Source of the DNA: Candidatus Heimdallarchaeota archaeon
GTDB lineage: Archaea; Asgardarchaeota; Heimdallarchaeia; Heimdallarchaeales; Heimdallarchaeaceae
Direction: 5' to 3'
Length of the DNA stretch: 41,264 nucleotides
NCBI GenBank assembly: GCA_030668825.1
Contig: DAOVET010000016.1
Coordinates: 1-41,264, forward strand
Shown here: piece by piece, positions 34,897 through 41,264 of the stretch
Layout: the number at the start of each line of letters is the position of its first letter
Numbering within the stretch: the stretch's first letter is position 1
Notes under the pieces: generated by a model
What the model was told of the DNA's origin: nothing
What the model saw: only the letters and a program-made list of their open reading frames with translations
Databases searched by the model: none
Position numbers and translations under genes: made by a program

Positions 34897-36300
34897 TTAC
34901 TCTTCTATTTCTTTTTTGATAGCATTAGCCCCATAAAGTAGTTTTTTAGCTGATGTTATGCCTATTCCACGGATTTTACTCAGCTCTTCAGGAGTAGATG
35001 TAAGGATTTTCTCTAAAGAATCAAATCCACCATCTTTGAGAAGCATTGCAATTTTTTCACCAACACCCATTATATCTGTAACCTTCAAATCAGCTATTGT
35101 TCTTTTTTCCAAATCTTCGAAATCCTCTATTGGAGTACCATCATCCACAACTTCGATTTCAAACGGTAAAATCTCTTTCTCCTTGACTGGAGTTTTAGCA
35201 GCGATTTTATCTTTTTTAACTTCTTTCTTTACTGTTGATGGCGGCACAGGAATTTTATGCTCTTTTGGATCTATTTTTACAATCGGTTTTACTTCTAGAA
35301 TTTCCTTTTCCTGTTCTTTAACAACTTCTGAGGGTTTTTTCAACACTTCTTCCTCTTCTAGTTTGAGTAAAATTTCTGAAGGAGGAACTAATTTATGCTG
35401 TTTTATTTCTTTTTTAGGGGCAGCTACTCTAGTTTTTTTTTCTTCTGGTATCTGACTAGGTTCAACGAAAATTGATTTTGAAATTACTTCGATTATCTCT
35501 CTTTTCTTTAAATATTCACTTGGACGAAGCAAATTATTAATCGGAGGTTCTTCTTTTTCAGTTTTCTCTAATTGTTTCGTAACCACAGGATCCCCTGATA
35601 CCTTTTGATAATCTTCTGCTTTTTCTTCTACAAATGCATATGCTGTTTCCCGTGTTTTTAATACTTCACTAGGTTTGAGTAGATCATTGACAGGTGGTTC
35701 TTCTTTTTCTTCCTTAGCTTCAACTTTTACAGGGGGTAACAGAGAAACTTCAGGAGAAACTGTTTCCTCTGTTTTGAAAAGTTCACTAGGTTTAACAACA
35801 GTATCATCTGGTGGTTTATCTGGTCGAGCTTTTTCAATAATTACCTCTTGATCTGGCTTTACAAGCTCTCCCAACATATGTGCACCAGAAGCTTTAGCTG
35901 GTTTGGGATCAAGCGGATCAAAATCATTAGATCTTACTTTTGCTTCTCGTACTGCAATACCTGAAGAATGTAAAGATGTTCCTGTCCCTAAGTTTCTAAC
36001 AGCTTCTATCATTTGGTAGAAATTTATGTTTGATATCCCAATATCAGAAAAGTATTCTGACAACCAATTTGAGAATCTATGAACGTTCACTTCAGATCCC
36101 AATTTTTTCTCCCAATAGTTGATTATTGTCGTTGCAAGTTGATCAAAAGTAGAAAATTTATGAGTTTCCACAACGTGCTTACCATCATACAAATCCAGAA
36201 CTCCGCTCAAACTGGCTGTATATTCAGTTTCAGTAGATTTAATGACAACGCTATATCTATGACTCCCTATCAAACTTCTTCGAGGTGACCTTGATGACAT
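34897..36300 (-). CDS. Protein with N-terminal globular domain, long disordered KPSE-repeat linker and C-terminal HhH domain
   Basis: C-terminal IMGVGEKIA..L...GF.SLE.I.....EEL..IRGIG...A, and a Glu/Lys/Pro-rich middle. Confidence 0.8.
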   Translation of the reverse strand: MSSRSPRRSLIGSHRYSVVIKSTETEYTASLSGVLDLYDGKHVVETHKFSTFDQLATTIINYWEKKLGSEVNVHRFSNWLSEYFSDIGISNINFYQMIEAVRNLGTGTSLHSSGIAVREAKVRSNDFDPLDPKPAKASGAHMLGELVKPDQEVIIEKARPDKPPDDTVVKPSELFKTEETVSPEVSLLPPVKVEAKEEKEEPPVNDLLKPSEVLKTRETAYAFVEEKAEDYQKVSGDPVVTKQLEKTEKEEPPINNLLRPSEYLKKREIIEVISKSIFVEPSQIPEEKKTRVAAPKKEIKQHKLVPPSEILLKLEEEEVLKKPSEVVKEQEKEILEVKPIVKIDPKEHKIPVPPSTVKKEVKKDKIAAKTPVKEKEILPFEIEVVDDGTPIEDFEDLEKRTIADLKVTDIMGVGEKIAMLLKDGGFDSLEKILTSTPEELSKIRGIGITSAKKLLYGANAIKKEIEE

Positions 36301-36382
36301 TATCTCACAAATAAAGAAATACTTTCCAAATTAAAAAATTTGCTTATAAGGGAAAGGAAAAAAAAGGGTAAAAAAGAGAAAA

Positions 36383-37876
36383 TTATGTTTTTGCTTCTTG
36401 AGGTTTTTCCCAAGTTGGTCTTTCTTCTTTATCGTAGGTTTCCATAACTTCGGCTTGTATTTCATCAATATTCTTTTGAATATCTTTGGAAATTCTACTT
36501 CTTCTACCAGGATTACCTCTAAATGGATCAGCTATGTGGAAGAAAAGTATTGTCTTGTAAGCTGTGGAAATAGGTCGTAGAATAGCTGATGTTGGTAAAT
36601 ATCCAAAGAGGAAGAACAGAGCACCTATAGCTAGTGAAAACACTATTTTATAGCTAATTCCTAATGCAAACTCAGTATCAGGTATATTTAGCTGATCAGC
36701 TAACCAATAATATCCAAGGAAGAAACCTCCAGATGAGAAGAATCCCATAGTTAGCAAAGTGAAGAGACCTTTAGCTATATTTACACCAGTTTTTCCAATA
36801 ATAATATCAGCAGCTGAATCTAGAGACAAATCAGCAGATCTAACTACACTTCTAATGAAGCCTCGTTTTTCTACTACTATAATTGTTAAAGTATAATAGT
36901 TAAGGAATTTGAGGATTTTGAATAATCCTTTGAGAATTATTATGAAAATAAAGAATACTATTCTCAAAACCTTCATAGTTATTGTCCAAACTTTATTCTT
37001 CTTCCATTTCCTAAAGAAATTTCTGTTAGCAAAGAATTGGATTGTTTTAATTATTGCATCAAAAAATGCTATGAACATTCCAAATAAAACAATGCTTCCT
37101 TTAACTTTCCAGATTTCCCTAATTGCTATTTTCAAAGAAGAATCTTTGTAATTATTCCATCTTTTGAAAATACAAATATTAATTGCATCACTGAAATGTA
37201 ACATCGTATAATGTATAGCTAAATAAGCATATATCAAAACAAAGAATACAACGTATTCTACCCATTTACCGGCTGTAGTTCCAGTTAACCACTGATCGAT
37301 ATTTGCACTTGTAAATACTGCAGCAGCAATACCAGTTATAATAGTAATTAGAGACATAAGTGCAAAAAAGAAGACAGGAGTCAAAGAACTCTTTTCATCA
37401 TTTACAGCTTCATTACTCATCTCAAATATCTTGGAACCAAGAATTATCCGTTTTCCTACCAGTAGTGCTATTATTAGCAAGATAGCAGCGGGTGCAATTA
37501 GAACAATTCCAATCCACACTTCACTAAAAGCGATGAAGGAGTAAATTCCAGCTCCAGTGAGTACTAATGGAATACCAAAAATAACTGTATTGACAATTTC
37601 TGCTCCAATATAACTCATTAACCATACTTGCAAATATGCAAATACTATACCTATTACAAATAAAGCACCAGCAACACCTACTACCCACCAAAGATAATCT
37701 CCTAAAACGGTTGTAACAGAGTTAAATTTCTCAAGAACCCATTGGACTAAATCTGTATTTTTAACAACCAGTTGATAGATTGCATAAAAACCAAAAGCGT
37801 AAGCAGCTATTACTAGTAAAAACCAGAAGTAAAAGATTAATCCAAAATCTCTTACTTTTCTTTCTTCTGTAGTCAT
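36383..37876 (-). CDS. Choline-transporter-like (CTL/SLC44/Pns1-type) membrane protein
   Basis: About 10 TM. KRI......F..S.EAV, GSIVLFG..IA and KFLN.Y....I.....GF..S...S..L match the CTL family pattern. Confidence 0.65.
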   Translation of the reverse strand: MTTEERKVRDFGLIFYFWFLLVIAAYAFGFYAIYQLVVKNTDLVQWVLEKFNSVTTVLGDYLWWVVGVAGALFVIGIVFAYLQVWLMSYIGAEIVNTVIFGIPLVLTGAGIYSFIAFSEVWIGIVLIAPAAILLIIALLVGKRIILGSKIFEMSNEAVNDEKSSLTPVFFFALMSLITIITGIAAAVFTSANIDQWLTGTTAGKWVEYVVFFVLIYAYLAIHYTMLHFSDAINICIFKRWNNYKDSSLKIAIREIWKVKGSIVLFGMFIAFFDAIIKTIQFFANRNFFRKWKKNKVWTITMKVLRIVFFIFIIILKGLFKILKFLNYYTLTIIVVEKRGFIRSVVRSADLSLDSAADIIIGKTGVNIAKGLFTLLTMGFFSSGGFFLGYYWLADQLNIPDTEFALGISYKIVFSLAIGALFFLFGYLPTSAILRPISTAYKTILFFHIADPFRGNPGRRSRISKDIQKNIDEIQAEVMETYDKEERPTWEKPQEAKT

Positions 37877-37964
37877 GTCTACATATTAATTTACCTCCTT
37901 CAAAAATCTTTTCCATTTGTTTTAAAGCAATAAAACTTAAGTACATTCCTTATAAAGGAATTTT

Positions 37965-38873
37965 GTGTCTGCTGATTTGAATGTGATTAGTCATCTGGTT
38001 TTAGATGATAAAGAATTCTTAGATGTTAAACCAGTTAAGAGGGAGAAATCAGTTCTTGGAGGACCACCAGCTTATGCAACAATGGTTACACCTCTTCTCT
38101 CTTTGAAAACTAGAATAATCACTTCTGTTGGCAAAAATTTCCCAGAAGCTTATCTACACTATCTTTCTTCAATAAACAGATTGGAACTAGAGATTCTTAT
38201 AGGTGAAGAGTCAACTAAATTTTTACATAAAATTTACAAAGATAAAAGAACGATGTTTTTATTGTCGCAAGCAGACATTCTTGATGAATTTGTAGAAGAA
38301 CAGAAAGGGGCTAAAGCTTGTTTAATTTCCCCGGTTTTCAGAGAGATATCTAATCTATCTGTTAAATGGGCTAAAAACAATCATGAATATATAGGACTTG
38401 ATGTTCAAGGCTTAGTTAGGAACACAGATAGAAATAGAAAAATTGTTTTGGAATTTGATAATAAATATGTTAAGAGCATCATAGAAGATGTTGATATTGT
38501 CAAATTTTCTTTAAATGAAGCAGAAGCATTTACACTAAAGAAAACCTATTCGGACATATTCAAATCTCTTCCAATAAATATAACCAATGTCATTACATCA
38601 GGCATACAAGGTGTAGTATTTAATGAGGGTGAAAAGATTTACAGTCTTAAATCTCCAATCAGAAATGAACTTGATCCAACAGGTGCAGGAGATGTAATGA
38701 TGACGGGAATTTTAGCAGAAATTATTAAGAACAAAGATGTTGATTTCTGTATAGCTTTCGGAATGGCTCTAGCCGCTGAAAAGGTTCAATATAGCAAAAT
38801 TCGCACTTTGTCTTCTAAAAATTATAGCCAGATTGCAGAGGAAATTCTTAGTACTAAAGAACTCATTAAATAG
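37965..38873 (+). CDS. PfkB-family carbohydrate kinase
   Basis: GGPPAYA N-terminal motif, LDVQG and DPTGAGD anion hole. Confidence 0.9.
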   Translation: MSADLNVISHLVLDDKEFLDVKPVKREKSVLGGPPAYATMVTPLLSLKTRIITSVGKNFPEAYLHYLSSINRLELEILIGEESTKFLHKIYKDKRTMFLLSQADILDEFVEEQKGAKACLISPVFREISNLSVKWAKNNHEYIGLDVQGLVRNTDRNRKIVLEFDNKYVKSIIEDVDIVKFSLNEAEAFTLKKTYSDIFKSLPINITNVITSGIQGVVFNEGEKIYSLKSPIRNELDPTGAGDVMMTGILAEIIKNKDVDFCIAFGMALAAEKVQYSKIRTLSSKNYSQIAEEILSTKELIK

Positions 38874-38876
38874 AAT

Positions 38877-39506
38877 TCATTTTGTTAAATCTATTATACG
38901 TAAATTTTCAAGAGAGTTTGATACTATATTCAATTCTTGAATCTTCATTTCTTCATTTAATACATACTCAAGAGTAGCATTAATAATTGGATGTTTAGGA
39001 CCTAGAAGATCACATATTTCTGGACCAGATGATATGTCAAATGTTTCAATTACTCTGGTCATAGAAACTATTTTGTCTTTATCAAATGTTATGAGAGGCT
39101 TAAGTACTCTAAAACTAGCTGCTTGCTCAATCACAGAGATATTTGCTAGTGTTTGACTTGAAACTTGACCAAGACTTTCTCCTGTTCCTATATACTCTGC
39201 ATCTTCTATTTTAACGATTTCTCCTGCAATTTGAAGCATGAATCTTTTCATCAATACAAAATAGTAAGAATGCTTGCAATTATTAACAAATGACTGCAAT
39301 GCATCCGCTATATCAATAACATAAAATTTAGCCCAACCAAATTTCTTAGACAGTTGAATACTCTTTTCTATTGATTCTTCTCCTGCAAAATCAACATTGG
39401 AGAGATGTAATGGTATGATTTCATATCCTACTTCTTGTAATAAATATCCAGCAAGACCACTATCAAAACCTCCGCTAAGAAGTAAAATGACCTTTTTGGA
39501 TGTCAT
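38877..39506 (-). CDS. thiI: ThiI-type PP-loop sulfurtransferase catalytic domain (no THUMP)
   Basis: LLSGGFDS, TGESLGQVSSQTL.N and PLITFDK..I....I.TF. Confidence 0.8.
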   Translation of the reverse strand: MTSKKVILLLSGGFDSGLAGYLLQEVGYEIIPLHLSNVDFAGEESIEKSIQLSKKFGWAKFYVIDIADALQSFVNNCKHSYYFVLMKRFMLQIAGEIVKIEDAEYIGTGESLGQVSSQTLANISVIEQAASFRVLKPLITFDKDKIVSMTRVIETFDISSGPEICDLLGPKHPIINATLEYVLNEEMKIQELNIVSNSLENLRIIDLTK

Positions 39507-39583
39507 GTTAAACACTAAAGATTTAGGTCTTTTAGAATGTTTAGATAGGAAAAATATTTTAACAAATAAAAGAAATTTACTTA

Positions 39584-40000
39584 ATGAAAATTGAACAATT
39601 CACTATGGAAATGTATCAAGAAGTGAAACAGATATGGGAAAAAACAGGACTCACTTTAGGGAAATCTGATACAGAAGAAGAAGTTGAACGAGCATTAAGT
39701 TATACTCAAGATTTATTTATAGTTGGTAAAAAACAAGATAAAATAGTTGCAGTAGTTATGGGGGCTTTTGATGGAAGAAGAGGTTATGTTCATCATTTAG
39801 CTGTAGATCCTGAATACCAGAGGTTTGGAATAGGAAAAGAAATGATGGAAGAACTTCATAACCGATTTAGAGAGAAAGAAATAGTGAAGGTTCATCTATT
39901 TATCGAAGTTGACAATGAAGGTATAATTGATTTTTACAAGAAAGTAGGATGGCACTCTCGAGAAGATTTAGCAATGATGAGTTTTGTGCCTAATTCTTAA
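39584..40000 (+). CDS. GNAT acetyltransferase (YpeA-like)
   Basis: FDGRRGYVHHLAVDPEYQRFGIG and N.....FY...G. Confidence 0.9.
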   Translation: MKIEQFTMEMYQEVKQIWEKTGLTLGKSDTEEEVERALSYTQDLFIVGKKQDKIVAVVMGAFDGRRGYVHHLAVDPEYQRFGIGKEMMEELHNRFREKEIVKVHLFIEVDNEGIIDFYKKVGWHSREDLAMMSFVPNS

Positions 40001-40043
40001 CTCATATCCTCGTGCCAATTGAGCATTATGAAAAAGAAAAGGA

Positions 40044-40814
40044 TTAAACTGGAGCAATTTCTATATTTAGAATTTCAAGAATCCTTACCATTTCTTTAAC
40101 ATCTTCTATGGTATTTATTCTCATTGAGCTTCTGAACATGCTTGAGTTAAGTTCTGAAGCAACTTTGAAGATATCTCTTCTTCTCCAGATATCCATTGAT
40201 GGGTTATATAATAAAATGTACATTATTTTTTTATCTAAATCACAGAGAAGATAAGTGTCAGCATATTCCAATCTTTTACCAATCATTTCTTTAAGAGAAT
40301 TATCAGCATTAATAGCGTAAATTCGGGGTATTTTTCCCGAAAACATATCTATCATTCTTGTGTAGAGCTGCTTAATTGAAGAAGGATTGATGTTAGATTC
40401 TTTTTGCAGACTTCTACCAATGAGAGTGAAGTATGGTTCTATTAGTCCATAACTATCTAGAACATCTCTAACAGCACTTCCTTCAAAAAGGAAGTAAGCT
40501 ACACATAGACGATACCCTGCTGCCGCAATTCTTTCATCTGTTGAGGATGTTATCTCTGTTTCAAAAGGAATAGCTATTGCTTTCAGATGTTCATTTTCAG
40601 GTACTGGAAGTGGCCCAAGCATTTTTGGATTCTTAGTTCCATCCACTCTTCCAATTGAACCTTTATCCATTTCAACTAAAGTCATTCCTTGCATTACTAA
40701 AGTAAGAGCTACATTTTCGTCAAGAGTAGAATTATTAAACAAAATTTCAGGTCCATAGTCTTTGAAGACACTAAATACCAAAACTGGCTCTTTACTTATA
40801 TTTGGATTTATCAT
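40044..40814 (-). CDS. uDENN/longin-like domain fused to a gelsolin-like domain
   Basis: N-terminal VFSVF...GPEI, GPLPVP and DER..AGY pattern. C-terminal L...DTYLL.D.....MYI.......RR......A..L pattern. Confidence 0.55.
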   Translation of the reverse strand: MINPNISKEPVLVFSVFKDYGPEILFNNSTLDENVALTLVMQGMTLVEMDKGSIGRVDGTKNPKMLGPLPVPENEHLKAIAIPFETEITSSTDERIAAAGYRLCVAYFLFEGSAVRDVLDSYGLIEPYFTLIGRSLQKESNINPSSIKQLYTRMIDMFSGKIPRIYAINADNSLKEMIGKRLEYADTYLLCDLDKKIMYILLYNPSMDIWRRRDIFKVASELNSSMFRSSMRINTIEDVKEMVRILEILNIEIAPV

Positions 40815-40823
40815 TTTTCTTCC

Positions 40824-41255
40824 TCAATATTCATCTTCTTTTGTTGGTTGTTGATCTAGCAATATTGCTATTTCAGGAATTTTAGACAAAAATTCATATT
40901 TGATTTGTCTAGGCATTTCTTTCGTTGGATCACGTTCTTTGTCTTCAATGAAAGCATTAAGAATCTCTTCAGCTAGAGATTGTGCCTTTGATTCACTATC
41001 ATCTCGATCTACGAATAAAACAATACTCCAAGTCCCCATCTTTCGAATTACCATTTTGATCACACCAAGTTTAACAACATCCATCACCGATTCACTTTCA
41101 AAAATAGTTGAAGCCATAATGTTTAGAGCACTAATTAAGCCACCCAATAGAGTACTGTCATGCTCTTCAATTGATTTATCAAAAGTATGATCAAATGCGG
41201 GAACACCACCTTCTTGAAGAATAATAACTCGTTTAGGATTTACTTCTTCTCTCAA
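40824..41255 (-). CDS. Longin/roadblock-like domain protein (frame open to the window edge, may be 5'-truncated)
   Basis: VIILQEGGVPAF...LLGGLISAL....STIF...VVKLG..KMVI......IVLFVD...LAEEILNAF. Confidence 0.75.
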   Translation of the reverse strand: MREEVNPKRVIILQEGGVPAFDHTFDKSIEEHDSTLLGGLISALNIMASTIFESESVMDVVKLGVIKMVIRKMGTWSIVLFVDRDDSESKAQSLAEEILNAFIEDKERDPTKEMPRQIKYEFLSKIPEIAILLDQQPTKEDEY

Positions 41256-41264
41256 TGGTGTCCT

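Noticed and set aside
197-41190. Numerous 60-165 aa ORFs antisense to or overlapping longer genes
   Set aside because: They lie within well-supported CDSs and have Ser/Ile/Phe-rich antisense composition with no motifs.

Overview
AT-rich, gene-dense archaeal chromosomal segment, most likely from an Asgard archaeon (Heimdallarchaeia/Lokiarchaeia-like). The assignment is inferred from an Arf-type small GTPase fused to a longin/roadblock domain, a stand-alone longin, a uDENN-like protein, an SLC44/CTL-like transporter, a class III signal-peptide pilin and archaeal eL33. Housekeeping genes include hypA/hypB, Xaa-Pro peptidase, nfo, pcp, a PHP hydrolase, GDPD, mobB, a PfkB kinase, a ThiI catalytic domain and a GNAT. 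The most striking structure is a ~5.4 kb island (25395-30797) without an integrase, bracketed by a diverged ~456-bp direct repeat made of the converging 3' ends of the PHP and GDPD genes. It carries a bacterial-looking lipid cassette: an Aur1/IPC-synthase-like PAP2 enzyme, a radical SAM enzyme, a TetR regulator with a five-unit 13-bp operator array, and a patatin. Other unusual items are an 857-aa membrane protein built from hairpin + amphipathic-helix repeats, a degenerate-NTase / NTase-ATPase pair, a HerA-like ATPase with Zn repeats in a gene run with two kinases and Nfo, an HhH-IDR-eL33 fusion, a membrane-anchored HEPN protein and a uDENN-gelsolin-like fusion. I saw no rRNA, tRNA, CRISPR array or transposase. 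All family assignments come from motif recognition by eye, not database searches.
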